A stretch of 64,000 bases of DNA from assembly GCA_937959115.1 (NCBI GenBank), contig CALGAW010000010.1:63357-127356 (forward strand), read 5' to 3'. Under the pieces are notes generated by a model. The model did no database searches. It worked only from the letters and a program-made list of their open reading frames with translations, and was not told the DNA's origin. The translations under genes were made by a program, and so were the position numbers. How positions within the stretch are numbered: position 1 is the first letter of the stretch; every line of letters starts with the position of its first letter. The DNA comes from an uncultured Saprospiraceae bacterium (GTDB lineage Bacteria; Bacteroidota; Bacteroidia; Chitinophagales; Saprospiraceae). This document shows positions 33,969 through 44,646 of the stretch, piece by piece.

Positions 33969-35435
33969 CTACCATTTAATAAACTTACCTGAATATTGCG
34001 TTTCATCAAACATTAAAGAATAAAAATAGACACCTTTCTGTAAGTCACTAACCAATAGCTTATTATTGGTCAACAACTCAACCTTAACCAACCGTCCGAT
34101 TTCGTCATAAACAAGTACATTTACACTGGAACGCTCAGATTCTAATCCAAATGACAAGTAATCGACTACAGGATTTGGGAAGATCAACAGGGAAGGATCT
34201 CGAATTTCAGATGTCTTAAAATAAGGCGAATAAACATATGTACTTTGCTCTACAACATTCATTGACTCCATCTCCAACCGTTCCACTGTTTCTGTTGCGA
34301 TCTTATTTCTATAAGGTGAGATTAAATCAGCAGTATTTACTTCATCATAGGTCCATGTTGTTCGATCTGTTGTTTCCCAAACATCGTAAGTAGAATTAGA
34401 AAAAGCACTACTTAGCAGCCTGTTTTCTTCATCATATTCATACACACGTCTATTCCCATTTATAAACTCATTGGTTCCTTCTGCCCATACAAAATAGGAA
34501 GAAACAGAAGTTTGATATCCGTCCGCATTGTAGGTGAATTCAATTTTATGACTTGGATTCCAAATTAGCTTTGCATGATCATAATGATACCACATTGAAA
34601 GAAGTTGATTTCCATCTAGATCAAAGGTATAAATTTGTCTGGTGTTAAACTCCCAGTTTGAATCTAGTTCATTCCATCTATAGGAGAGCAATTGTATAAT
34701 ATTTCCAGCAGAATCTAGATTGTACATTTTTTTCTCTGCCTTCAACCACTCATCAGTTTGCCTGTCCCAATTGTAGTTAACAGATTCAGTTAATTTTCCA
34801 TCATTATTATAGGAATACTCATCCTTCCATTTATTGTAAAATTGCAGATCGTAAGCATCCTGAGCCTTCGTTACCAGTTTAATCAATTTATCCTCTGAAG
34901 AATAATAATGTTGTATCTTGTTAATATAATTCCAACTCCGCGAAAGTGTATCAAACGAGCTATAATATACTAGCTCATCAAGTAAATCGTTGGTGGTATA
35001 GTTTTTTGTCGTTTTAACGATTGGATCGTATCTTCCATTACTATATTTTCCGCTTTCATAAAGCGTTTGCCTATCCTTTAGATCATATTGATAAATACTT
35101 TCTTGCTCTGGGAAAAAACGATCTGTCCAATCATTGTAAAACCCAATCGTTTTCTTTGTTAGTTTGTGGTTTGAATTATAATCATAAAGTATTTTCTCTC
35201 TACTTAACGAATTATTGTACTTTTCAATCACCATTCCTTCTGAGTTATAAGTATAGGTGATCGTTGCTTCAGAGCAAAACCCATCTACAAAACATTCCTT
35301 ACCAGCCGGTTGTCCATAAGAATATATCGTTTCTATTTGATCCAATCGTTGTTGAAACGAAGTATGAAATTGTGCTAGAACGAATTCTGGAAGAAAAATG
35401 AGAATGGTAATGACCACTAGGATTAGCCTTTTCAT
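33969..35435 (-). CDS. Secreted repeat protein with a T9SS type A C-terminal sorting domain
   Basis: A signal peptide is present ('MKRLILVVITILIFLPEFVLAQ'). The C-terminus is 'IFPNPVVDYLSFGLESERSSVNVLVYDEIGRLV…GVYFYSLMFDETQYSGKFIKW'. Confidence 0.7.
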   Translation of the reverse strand: MKRLILVVITILIFLPEFVLAQFHTSFQQRLDQIETIYSYGQPAGKECFVDGFCSEATITYTYNSEGMVIEKYNNSLSREKILYDYNSNHKLTKKTIGFYNDWTDRFFPEQESIYQYDLKDRQTLYESGKYSNGRYDPIVKTTKNYTTNDLLDELVYYSSFDTLSRSWNYINKIQHYYSSEDKLIKLVTKAQDAYDLQFYNKWKDEYSYNNDGKLTESVNYNWDRQTDEWLKAEKKMYNLDSAGNIIQLLSYRWNELDSNWEFNTRQIYTFDLDGNQLLSMWYHYDHAKLIWNPSHKIEFTYNADGYQTSVSSYFVWAEGTNEFINGNRRVYEYDEENRLLSSAFSNSTYDVWETTDRTTWTYDEVNTADLISPYRNKIATETVERLEMESMNVVEQSTYVYSPYFKTSEIRDPSLLIFPNPVVDYLSFGLESERSSVNVLVYDEIGRLVKVELLTNNKLLVSDLQKGVYFYSLMFDETQYSGKFIKW

Positions 35436-35572
35436 TGAAATTGCTTTATTCAGGTTTATAAATCTTACTAAATGGTCTTCGATAAGATACAAATCTTCAA
35501 ATAATAAGCCAAAAATCTTAACCAATTTAACAAGTATCGGAAAATCTCATTTGATTTTTCTAACTTCATTCC

Positions 35573-36175
35573 ATGCAAATTCAGCCAATCCTACTTGCAG
35601 GAGGTGCCTCCACCCGAATGTCTTCACCGAAGCAGCTGCTATCGCTTAAACAGTCTACACTAATTAGGCTCACAGCAGAAAAGCTGATCCCCTGCTCCAC
35701 CCTACCAGTCATCTGTATCACTGGCTTCCTGCACACAGCACTTCAACAAGCCCTCACCGGGCTCCCAATACAGTTCATCAGAAATCAGAATTTTAGTCAA
35801 GGGATCCATACTAGTATTCAAACCGCAATGCATCATATAATCACTGAAATTGAGAGTGATGCTGTATTAATCGCCCTAACAGACCAACCGCTTATTCCGA
35901 ATGAGCATTACCTAGCCTTGACGCGTGCAGCTTCTAGCAACCCAGATCAAGAGATCATCGCTACTCAATACAATGGTATTGCCGGTGTCCCAGCACTGTT
36001 TAAACGTTCGCACTTTTCTGATTTAGTAGACCTTCAGTCGAACAGTGGAGCAAAGCAATTGATTGCAAACAACCTTGAAAACACAATACTCATTACTTGT
36101 GAGATGGCTGGATTCGATATTGACACGGATGCCGACTATCAGCTGCTACTAAAACGGTTGGATGAGCGCTTTTGA
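35573..36175 (+). CDS. MobA-like NTP transferase domain protein (molybdenum cofactor cytidylyl/guanylyl-transferase family)
   Basis: 'ILLAGGASTRMSSPKQLL' is the family's nucleotide-binding motif. Confidence 0.65.
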   Translation: MQIQPILLAGGASTRMSSPKQLLSLKQSTLIRLTAEKLIPCSTLPVICITGFLHTALQQALTGLPIQFIRNQNFSQGIHTSIQTAMHHIITEIESDAVLIALTDQPLIPNEHYLALTRAASSNPDQEIIATQYNGIAGVPALFKRSHFSDLVDLQSNSGAKQLIANNLENTILITCEMAGFDIDTDADYQLLLKRLDERF

Positions 36176-36240
36176 TTAGTTGGTCAGAAAATGGTAATTA
36201 TTCACCTTCATTGCATCAATATCAACAGTCTATTATGAAT

Positions 36241-38802
36241 TCAATCGTTTTTCACCAACCGACTTCCTTTTCCAATCGGCTTACCATCCACCAGCACTCT
36301 TAAAAAATAAATACCTGCTGCCAACCCATCACCTGATACTGGCACTTCTTGCTTTCCAATCATCAGCTCACCGCTATAAACTGTTTTCAGCAATCGCCCA
36401 TTTACATCAACCAGTTGCACCGTATAGCGCCCAGCCTTCTCAATGGCTAATGCTAGTGTAGTGGCATCAATAAACGGATTAGGAAAAACCGATGACATCA
36501 ATTTCGTATTGTCGGACTCAGTAATTGGAGTACTAACATCTAGAGAGATACTGTACATCCCTCGTCCATAGGTCGCAGCAACTAGCTTATTTTCTCCTGC
36601 ATGATAATCAAGATCCATAACAATCAAATTTGGTAAATCCGTTCCTAGGATATTCCAAGTCGCGCCTTCATTTTCAGAATAAAAAACACCCACATCATTT
36701 GCTAAATACAAATTGCCATTTGGCGTTTTAAGCAAGTCACTTACTGGCAAAACGATTAAATTGTTTGTGATGTCTGTCCAAGTAGCCCCTTGATCAGTGG
36801 TCTTATATATGCTACCCGTATTTGAAGAATATCGGTAACCTGAAAGCGTAACATAAGCTGTATTTATATTAGCAGGATCTGCTAGGACGGTACTCACCCA
36901 TCGCGTTGGCAAGTTTCCAGAAATCAGATTCCAATTAGAACCGCCATCCGTAGTGATTTGTACATTTCCATCGTCCGTTCCAACATAAATCACATTGTCA
37001 TCAATTGGAGAAACACTTATCGTAGTAATCGTTCCAAACGTAAGCGTTGTGCCCTGTGGGTTGGTCGTCAAATCACCACTAATTGCATTCCAGAAATTTG
37101 CTCGATTTGTGGATTTATATAATCTATTAGAACCATAAAACAAGATGGTTGGATCGCTCGGGTGAAAAATTACGGGTGTATTCCAGTTTTTCCGATCACC
37201 ATTTGAGATACCAGAAGTCGCTCCATTGAATGAAAATGGCGAACCGTAATCAATTGATTTTGCGAAATTGCCATTTTGATATTCCGTATAGACATACTTG
37301 TTATCACTTGGATCCACCATACAAACAAACCCATCACCATAGTAGATAATTTCCCAGTCGTTTACATTCCCTGTGGTTGTTCGCATACTACTATTATCTT
37401 GCGTTCCACCATACAATCGCTCCGGAAATTGTTCATCAATTTCACAAGTATAGAATTGAGTAATCGGTAGATTATCTGATTTAACATAGGAGTTTCCACC
37501 ATTACTACTAAAATAAATTCCACCATCATTTCCAAGAATCACAAAATTTGGATTTTGAGGATCGATATAAATGGCATGTTGATCGACATGTGCTCCAGCA
37601 AAGACATCATTCCAGCTGTTTCCACCATTGGTTGATTTATGTGTTTCGAACGCTGGAAGATATACGGTATTTGCATCAGTCGGATCGACTTCTATTTTTC
37701 CAAACCACCACATGTAGGGCACTGAGTTGACCCCATTCGTAGAAATGGTATTCCAACTTACTCCACCATCCGTTGTTTTATACAATCCTTTCAATCCCTT
37801 GGTAACCTCATCTTCGATTGTCGCGTACAAAATCTGGGGATTAGTAGGAGCAATCGACAACCCAATTCTACCAGCACTAGATGGTAATCCATTCGTCTGA
37901 CGTGTCCAAGTAATTCCTCCATCTGTAGATTTAAAAACACCACTAGACGGGCCTCCAAAATGCCGCTTGTAATAATAACGAATTCGCTCCCACGTTGCCA
38001 TGTATAAGGTATTGGGATCAGTAGGGTCAATCACCATATCAATCACACCAGTAGAATCGTTCATAAAAAACACTTGCTGCCAAGTAGATCCGCCATCTGT
38101 TGTTTTATAGACTCCCCTTGCCGTATTTTTTTCGAATAAGTACCCCGTTGCGCTAATCCAACAGGTATTTGGGTTGGTTGGATGAACAATGACTTTCCCT
38201 ACACTTCCTACGCTATCTAGTCCAAGATGGTTCCAAGTTGCACCAGCATCATCTGATCGGTAAACTCCGTTGCTGGTGTATGTGATAGAATTGCCGCTCC
38301 CATTTGCTTCTCCCGTTCCTACATAAATGATGTTTTGATTAGAAGGAGCCAATGCCAAGTCACCAATGGTCAGACTTCCCTGTTGGTCGAATATCGGCAA
38401 CCAATTGGTTCCCATATCATCTGATTTAAAAATCCCTCCTGAAGCAGCACCAACATAGATTGTTTTCGGATTTGTAGTAGTCATTTCAATTGCTGTGACC
38501 CTTCCGCCGATATTTGTTGGTCCTGAGAATTGCCAAGCATTGTTTTTAAAGCTAGCATTCTGAGAAGTGGTTTGCTGTTTTAACATCTTCTTGCGGTACT
38601 GTGCTGCTTTTGGGTACATACTCACCTCTATTTTGCCCGTTGGGTAGGCACGTTGACGGTACAACCAATCATTCGGCTTGCGCTTGTCTTCTTCAATTTC
38701 TGGATGATCAGTGGTGCGTCTCTCTTCGTGATCACAGGAGAATTGAAATATGGCAAGGAATAAACCAATAAAAAGCAAATAAAACGTAAGTCGATTTTTC
38801 AT
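36241..38802 (-). CDS. BNR/Asp-box repeat (sialidase/sortilin-like beta-propeller) protein with a T9SS type A C-terminal domain
   Basis: Multiple S/TxDxGxTW motifs ('SDDAGATWN', 'TTDGGSTWQ', 'STDGGITWT', 'TTDQGATWT', 'SENEGATWN'). The C-terminus is 'VFPNPFIDATTLALAIEKAGRYTVQLVDVNGRLL…GIYFLRVLVDGKPIGKGSRLVKND'. Confidence 0.75.
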   Translation of the reverse strand: MKNRLTFYLLFIGLFLAIFQFSCDHEERRTTDHPEIEEDKRKPNDWLYRQRAYPTGKIEVSMYPKAAQYRKKMLKQQTTSQNASFKNNAWQFSGPTNIGGRVTAIEMTTTNPKTIYVGAASGGIFKSDDMGTNWLPIFDQQGSLTIGDLALAPSNQNIIYVGTGEANGSGNSITYTSNGVYRSDDAGATWNHLGLDSVGSVGKVIVHPTNPNTCWISATGYLFEKNTARGVYKTTDGGSTWQQVFFMNDSTGVIDMVIDPTDPNTLYMATWERIRYYYKRHFGGPSSGVFKSTDGGITWTRQTNGLPSSAGRIGLSIAPTNPQILYATIEDEVTKGLKGLYKTTDGGVSWNTISTNGVNSVPYMWWFGKIEVDPTDANTVYLPAFETHKSTNGGNSWNDVFAGAHVDQHAIYIDPQNPNFVILGNDGGIYFSSNGGNSYVKSDNLPITQFYTCEIDEQFPERLYGGTQDNSSMRTTTGNVNDWEIIYYGDGFVCMVDPSDNKYVYTEYQNGNFAKSIDYGSPFSFNGATSGISNGDRKNWNTPVIFHPSDPTILFYGSNRLYKSTNRANFWNAISGDLTTNPQGTTLTFGTITTISVSPIDDNVIYVGTDDGNVQITTDGGSNWNLISGNLPTRWVSTVLADPANINTAYVTLSGYRYSSNTGSIYKTTDQGATWTDITNNLIVLPVSDLLKTPNGNLYLANDVGVFYSENEGATWNILGTDLPNLIVMDLDYHAGENKLVAATYGRGMYSISLDVSTPITESDNTKLMSSVFPNPFIDATTLALAIEKAGRYTVQLVDVNGRLLKTVYSGELMIGKQEVPVSGDGLAAGIYFLRVLVDGKPIGKGSRLVKND

Positions 38803-39057
38803 TAAATGAAAGTTGAAAGCGTTTTGGAATGTTGAACTATAAAAATACAAAATCTCTTATTGTTAAATAAATTAATTCGTTATGATAACCATTTCTAACA
38901 ATGGTCAATCGAATCAACGGCAGTTGAGCCTACACAACTTTCGGTAACGAAGTTTATTATAGCGCTATCCCCGCTATCTGCTATTCCTAGTATTATCCAT
39001 CTAATCAGCAATTCTTCTAATAGCCAATAGTTTCCTACTCTGTTCTACTCAAGTAAA

Positions 39058-39089
39058 ACAAAAAAGGCTTCCAGTAAACCGGAAGCCCC
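39058..39089 (-). terminator. Rho-independent terminator for the M36 peptidase gene (GGCTTCC/GGAAGCC stem followed by TTTTTT on the minus strand)
   Basis: The inverted repeat lies at 39066-39087. Confidence 0.5.
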
Positions 39090-39112
39090 AATATTTATTG
39101 TTCGATTACTTT

Positions 39113-42100
39113 TTAATCAAAGTAAATCATAATCTCTGCATCTGTATTGTTTGTTGCATCACACTCTCCACCTGAGAATGGGAAAACAGTTGCTGTAATT
39201 GTAGTTAAACCTTCCGTTCCTTGTGGATTATAAATTCCATTGAACCCAAATGCTTTTCTACCATTAGCAGGAATAGTAAGGTTATATTGGAATTCATATA
39301 CAATTCCGTTATTTCCTAAGAAAGACCATTCTCCATTTTGAACAGGTTTGAATGCTACATTTGAAAGTGTTGGATCCCAAGAGAAATTTAGTCTAGGGTC
39401 ATAAGGCATTCTAACTTTTAAAGGAGAGGTTGGATCAGAAGCATTCCCTGACAACTCAGTAATCTCTACTGCGACACCAATTGCAGAAATACCAACAATG
39501 TTACTTGGTACAACTGTAAGAATAGGAGAAAGATCACAACATGTTGGAGGAGGAGTTCCTGCGATTTCGACACACACCGCACCTACATCCGTACTAGTAC
39601 CTAAAGTAGCTGAAGCGGAGTTTATAACCATAGGAGCTGCATTTACTTCAACGTTATCTACATACCAGCCATCAGGAATATTGTTTACTGTACCAACAGC
39701 TAAAGGATCATAGTAGAAGTTAAATCGAATAATAGCAGACTCGCAATTCGAGAAAGATGCTAAATCGACTTCAGTTGTCAGACAACTAGGAGCTAAACCT
39801 GCAAAACCAGGAATTGTGCTATTTGCGATTGAACTATTATAACCATTTGAAGTCATGAAATTACCAAGATCAGTCCAAGAAGTACCACCATTTGTTGAAA
39901 TCTCAACTGTACCACCGTCCCAGAGATCTTCTGTATCGTAGAAGTGATCAAAAGTTAATATTGCATCAGCAGTTAAACCTACTGGTACATCAAGGTATTG
40001 ATTTACATAATAATTTGCGCCACCACCTGGGCTTGCTTCCAATTCTTCCGCATAAAAAGAAGATGAACCACAAGGCGTACCTGCTTGTATTCTCCAATTA
40101 GAAGTAGACCCTGCAGGGTTCGTCGCTTCATTCGAAATCATCCACTCTGGAGCACCACCTGATTCCATATCATCTTCAAATACAATTGAAGGAGGCACTG
40201 AGTTAACCGTTGCTTGGTAGGTTAAATTTGTTGGGCTAGTACTCGCTGGAATAGTCCAAGTGATTACGCCATTACTATGAGATCCTCCGTTACTTGCTGA
40301 ACCAGCAACATATGTTAATTCTGCAGGTAGATTATCGACAACATTTACGTTACCCGCTGGGCCACCGCCAGAACATGCGCTTGCAGTACCAGTAGCTCCA
40401 AGTGTATAAGTAATCACCTCGTTTACAGCAGCAGTAGTCTTATCAGCAGTCTTAGTGATCGTAGCTGATCCAGGACCGCCACCAGGAGGCGTATCAAATG
40501 CTTCTGTTCCATCAGTTTTACTAGCAGTAGAACCTTGATTTGCACTGTATCCCAGACCTCTTCTTGCGAATGCTGCCCATATAGTACAATTATTAGCACC
40601 GCCGTACAACGCTTGGTCTGCTGCGATGATCGCATCTCTACCAGATACAAACCCAGGAGAACAACCTTGCAGTTTACAACCTTCAATGACCAAATTCATG
40701 GCAATATTATTTCCGCCTGTTCCAGTATACATATCTGCGTCAAAACCATGAACATCAATTAAATCCCAGTATAAATCCCAAATCATAGTACACCAAACAT
40801 ATCCAACTCCGTGAGGAGCAGGGATGTTACTTTGCTTAATTGTGTTATACGTAGAAGGGTTAATGCTCATATCATGCGTATATCTCGTTGGTCGTATACC
40901 AGCACCTGAGGTTGGTTGAGCGAGTGCATAAGTACCAATTCCTCTTGGTGTATTTTTAGTATGTGCAAGCTCTTGTGTCATCACAAGACCGAACCAGTCA
41001 CTCCATCCTTCTCCCATTTGCTCAGTGTTACTTAGGCATGAAGAGTTAGGACCACCAGTCAAACGAATTGAGATACCATGTCCATATTCATGAACAATAA
41101 TTCCATTATCTAAGTCACCATCTCTATCAGGATTTGGAGCAGTCCACAAAAACATCTGCATTCTTGGATCCGATCCATCACTCGGTGTAAAGAAGTTTGC
41201 ATTGTTCGAACCACTTCCATCTTGGCATTGTGCGTCAACAGGGTCACCTGCTGCACCACCATTCCCATAGTTATTCTGTTGAAAGTTACCACTTGGCTCA
41301 TCAAAACCATAGTGATGCCATACATCATGTGTGAAGTTGTTCCAAACGAATAAGTTAGTCGTATTATTATCAAGATTACTTGCAGGAGGTAGATTTAGGT
41401 TTAATGGAAAATCAAACACCAAAGCAGCTCCACCACTAGGAGAAGCTCCAATTCCATTATTTCCGTTTTGATCTTCATGAGCTAAAACGTTATTTCCTCT
41501 AGTAATTGTATATTCAGCACCATTAGCACCATTCGTATCATGCCAGCCAAAGGGAGAAGTTGCTGGATCGTCTGGATTCGTTAGAAGTACTCTAGAACCA
41601 TGTGTTGGGCTTTCAACTCTTAATGGCAATGCCCTGTAAGTTCCTGCCATTCCATTACCGAATTGTTGCGCATCTAGATCTTCTTCCATAACGTCATATT
41701 TATGAGCGTGATTCGCACAATCATCTCCAACGTCTGGAGTTCCAAAGTTACAATGAATGACTGCATCTCTCTGTTCTACGATAGATCCGTCATTTACATT
41801 TACATAAGTTTCCCAGTAGTGTTGAGTATCTTCTGTATAGATACCTACTTTCCATGTAGGAACGATTTTTCCATCTTGATGTAAGTACATTTTCTCAGCC
41901 TTAATTGGCTCAAAAGCAATACCTGCTTCAGAAAAAGTTGATAAATTTCCTTTGTTTGAAAGGATGGAAAGATTAATTGGAACTAGTTGTAAGTCTCCTG
42001 CAGCAATTTGCACTGCACTTGACGCAGAAATTCCTTTTGCTTTTCCTACAACTAGACTTTTCGCATCCTTTATAAATTGTGATCTTGAGTATAAAACAGA

Positions 42101-42373
42101 ATTGTCCGGCATGATGTGGATGTTCATCGTCGCATTTTCAATTGCAATTCCGTCAATTTGTTGTTTGTAGTAGAAATGTGTCACCCCACTTTTCTTACTC
42201 GTGTAAGAATCTGTTAGGATAGGATTTTTTATATCAGCAGGTGTCAAACCATCAGACTGTTGAATAGAATGAAAATGTTTGTTTGCAGAGGTTTCTTTGA
42301 TATCTCGAGCAAGAAGAGCCCCAGATATAAATAAGATTAAGAGCGTAATTTGAATAGAATTTTTCATAAGCAA
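39113..42373 (-). CDS. M36 (fungalysin-like) zinc metallopeptidase with an FTP propeptide, a DUF11-like repeat and extra C-terminal domains
   Basis: 'GVTHFYYKQQIDGIAIENA' is the FTP domain. 'IIVHEYGHGISIRLTGG' is the HExxH active site. 'TITKTADKTTAAVNEVITYTLGATGTAS' is a DUF11-like repeat. A signal peptide is present. Confidence 0.8.
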   Translation of the reverse strand: MLMKNSIQITLLILFISGALLARDIKETSANKHFHSIQQSDGLTPADIKNPILTDSYTSKKSGVTHFYYKQQIDGIAIENATMNIHIMPDNSVLYSRSQFIKDAKSLVVGKAKGISASSAVQIAAGDLQLVPINLSILSNKGNLSTFSEAGIAFEPIKAEKMYLHQDGKIVPTWKVGIYTEDTQHYWETYVNVNDGSIVEQRDAVIHCNFGTPDVGDDCANHAHKYDVMEEDLDAQQFGNGMAGTYRALPLRVESPTHGSRVLLTNPDDPATSPFGWHDTNGANGAEYTITRGNNVLAHEDQNGNNGIGASPSGGAALVFDFPLNLNLPPASNLDNNTTNLFVWNNFTHDVWHHYGFDEPSGNFQQNNYGNGGAAGDPVDAQCQDGSGSNNANFFTPSDGSDPRMQMFLWTAPNPDRDGDLDNGIIVHEYGHGISIRLTGGPNSSCLSNTEQMGEGWSDWFGLVMTQELAHTKNTPRGIGTYALAQPTSGAGIRPTRYTHDMSINPSTYNTIKQSNIPAPHGVGYVWCTMIWDLYWDLIDVHGFDADMYTGTGGNNIAMNLVIEGCKLQGCSPGFVSGRDAIIAADQALYGGANNCTIWAAFARRGLGYSANQGSTASKTDGTEAFDTPPGGGPGSATITKTADKTTAAVNEVITYTLGATGTASACSGGGPAGNVNVVDNLPAELTYVAGSASNGGSHSNGVITWTIPASTSPTNLTYQATVNSVPPSIVFEDDMESGGAPEWMISNEATNPAGSTSNWRIQAGTPCGSSSFYAEELEASPGGGANYYVNQYLDVPVGLTADAILTFDHFYDTEDLWDGGTVEISTNGGTSWTDLGNFMTSNGYNSSIANSTIPGFAGLAPSCLTTEVDLASFSNCESAIIRFNFYYDPLAVGTVNNIPDGWYVDNVEVNAAPMVINSASATLGTSTDVGAVCVEIAGTPPPTCCDLSPILTVVPSNIVGISAIGVAVEITELSGNASDPTSPLKVRMPYDPRLNFSWDPTLSNVAFKPVQNGEWSFLGNNGIVYEFQYNLTIPANGRKAFGFNGIYNPQGTEGLTTITATVFPFSGGECDATNNTDAEIMIYFD

Positions 42374-42868
42374 GTGGATAATAAATCGTGAAAATTAGGT
42401 TATGTAAAAATGAGTGAGGAAAGATGTTTTAGATTATTTTCCGTGTTATACTCCTCATAAAATTAAATTATATTTTAGAGGCAAAAGACCATATTAATTA
42501 TTGTTAACATAAGTTTAACGTAATGAAAATTCAATATTGACTTCCTATTTTGACCTCATCATCTAACATTTTTTTAAAATATGTCAATTTACTTATGTAA
42601 CTAATTTTTAACGCCCTCTTTAAGATTTAGATTTATTCGTTTTTTTGAAAGCAGGATTGAAGTTTCTTAATTATTGTAAATCAGTAATTTAATAGATAAA
42701 CTGTTTATAGACTTAGAAAAATCCACCTATCTAACTTGCCTAATCTTTTTCCTATTGACAGGAGTATACATGATCTTTTGAGTTATTTGATCTAATTTTT
42801 TTTCGGCAAAAATTCTCCGTGAACTTTAAATTGTATCGTTTTCTATCGTTAACAAATAATTAACAATG

Positions 42869-43606
42869 CTAGTAGCCTAAATCACTCAGATCTTTGGGAG
42901 AATCGATACTTTGAGATTCAAAACGTGTTTGACATACACCAATTGAGTGCCCTGCTTGCATCCATCTTAGTTGTTCTAGACGTTCAGCTTTTTCAAGTTT
43001 TCCCATAGGAAGTATGGTGAGCTTAGGCAATAAATCAGCTCTGAAAATGTATAATCCAATATGTTTGAAAAATTGATGCTTCTCCAAGCTACTTTCGATT
43101 TCAATTCCTCGAAGAAAAGGAATTGGGTGCCGGCTAAAATACATTGCTTTTCCTTCTTGATCAAAAACTAACTTAACGCAATTTGAATCCTTCAGTTGTT
43201 CAACATTATCAATTTGCTTTGCTAGCGTACCAATTCCAAATTGACTATAATTATCTTTGAAGAACTGTATTAATAAATCGATTTGTTCTGGTTGAATAAA
43301 TGGTTCATCTCCTTGAATATTCATTACAATTTCGCTTCCTGCCTTAAGTAGATTGATTGCCTCCGCACATCGATCCGTCCCTGTTTCATGTAGCGTAGAT
43401 GTAAGAACCACCTCGCCTCCAAAATCAGTAACATGATTAAAGATCCGTTGGTCATCCGTGGCAACCACTACCCGATCCAGTAGCTTCGATTGCTTCGCTT
43501 GCTGATATACTCGCTGAATCATTGATATGCCTCCAATGTCAACAAGTGGCTTCCCTGGAAATCTGGTAGAAGCATAGCGAGCTGGTATTATTGCAATTGT
43601 TTTCAA
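42869..43606 (-). CDS. kdsB: 3-deoxy-manno-octulosonate cytidylyltransferase (CMP-KDO synthetase)
   Basis: 'MKTIAIIPARYASTRFPGKPL' and a length of 245 aa. Confidence 0.9.
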   Translation of the reverse strand: MKTIAIIPARYASTRFPGKPLVDIGGISMIQRVYQQAKQSKLLDRVVVATDDQRIFNHVTDFGGEVVLTSTLHETGTDRCAEAINLLKAGSEIVMNIQGDEPFIQPEQIDLLIQFFKDNYSQFGIGTLAKQIDNVEQLKDSNCVKLVFDQEGKAMYFSRHPIPFLRGIEIESSLEKHQFFKHIGLYIFRADLLPKLTILPMGKLEKAERLEQLRWMQAGHSIGVCQTRFESQSIDSPKDLSDLGY

Positions 43607-43738
43607 ACGTAAAATTTTTGAAAATATATTGATTTCCAGTTCAATTCTGAATTAAATCACTGTTTTTTTATGTAAATAACTCATACTGCTGTAATTTGCA
43701 GTCGAATTATTTGATTCGTGCACTTAATTATATTCCCA

Positions 43739-44614
43739 ATGTATAGAATAGCAAGCTTCTTTAGTTTTCTACTCATCTTACCACATTTTCTCCTTTGTCA
43801 AGACAGTAGTTCAACAACTACAACGTATAAAATCGACCAGAATATATTAATCGTTTCTGTAGGACAAAATGCACAAAAAACCTTTAACCATATTCTTAAG
43901 GAAAATCAAACTTTGTATAGCTTATCTAAGTTTTATGGTGTCAACTTAGAGGATATCTACTACCATAATCCCAACCTTAAAACCAAAACGCTAACAATAA
44001 ACCAACCAATCAGTATTCCTGTTACCAACAAAGCAATTGTTAGAAAATACGACGAATCACTAGACAGATCAATGCACGTCCCACTAGTCTATATTGTTAG
44101 ACAAGGCGAAACCATTTACACCATTTCTAGAACCTACTTCAGAATGGCGCCAGAACTGTTCCTAAGAAATAACGAAATGGAATCCGCAGATCTAACTGTT
44201 GGAGATTCTTTGCTTGTCGGTTGGTTGCCCATCGATGGTATTTCAAATAATCAGAGCAAACAAAGTAGTATTCAGGCTTATTACTCGAAGGAAAATGAAC
44301 CGCTCCGTCTTAAATATAACAAACAAGCAAAAATTCAGTCGCCAGCAAAAGAAGATGGAATTGCTTACTGGCAAATGACTGGTACCGCAAAAGGAAAAAC
44401 GAACTTCTATGTCTTGCATCGAACTGCAAAACAAGGATCCGTTATCAGATTAACCAACCCAATGTCAGGAAGAACACTATATGCTAAAGTGACAGGTAGT
44501 ATTCCCGATTCTTCTTACGATCCAGCAATTAAGGTAGTAATAACGCCCTCATTGGCAAAAGCACTAGGCGCCCTTGATAAAAAGTTCCACGTCAAAATCG
44601 CATATTTTAATTAG
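43739..44614 (+). CDS. LysM-like / RlpA-like double-psi beta-barrel peptidoglycan-binding protein
   Basis: A signal peptide is present. Two LysM-like segments ('TLYSLSKFYGVNLEDIYYHNP', 'TIYTISRTYF…ELFLRNN') are followed by the C-terminal 'FYVLHRTAKQGSVIRLTNPMSGRTLYAKVTGSIPD'. Confidence 0.6.
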   Translation: MYRIASFFSFLLILPHFLLCQDSSSTTTTYKIDQNILIVSVGQNAQKTFNHILKENQTLYSLSKFYGVNLEDIYYHNPNLKTKTLTINQPISIPVTNKAIVRKYDESLDRSMHVPLVYIVRQGETIYTISRTYFRMAPELFLRNNEMESADLTVGDSLLVGWLPIDGISNNQSKQSSIQAYYSKENEPLRLKYNKQAKIQSPAKEDGIAYWQMTGTAKGKTNFYVLHRTAKQGSVIRLTNPMSGRTLYAKVTGSIPDSSYDPAIKVVITPSLAKALGALDKKFHVKIAYFN

Positions 44615-44646
44615 ATAGTGCTAAATTTATAGTCTAATTTTACGAA

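Noticed and set aside
39113-39400. Possible divergent T9SS CTD at the C-terminus of the M36 protease
   Set aside because: The terminal ~80 aa lack the conserved type A motifs (PNPxxD…, the terminal beta-strand pattern) and the type B PNxFTPNGDGxND box. It is left as an open question rather than called.
43692-43698. Candidate -7 promoter box TAATTTG upstream of the LysM/RlpA gene
   Set aside because: It is only a 7-mer (TA-A-TTTG) and does not satisfy the 8-nt TAnnTTTG spacing, so it is not reported as a feature.
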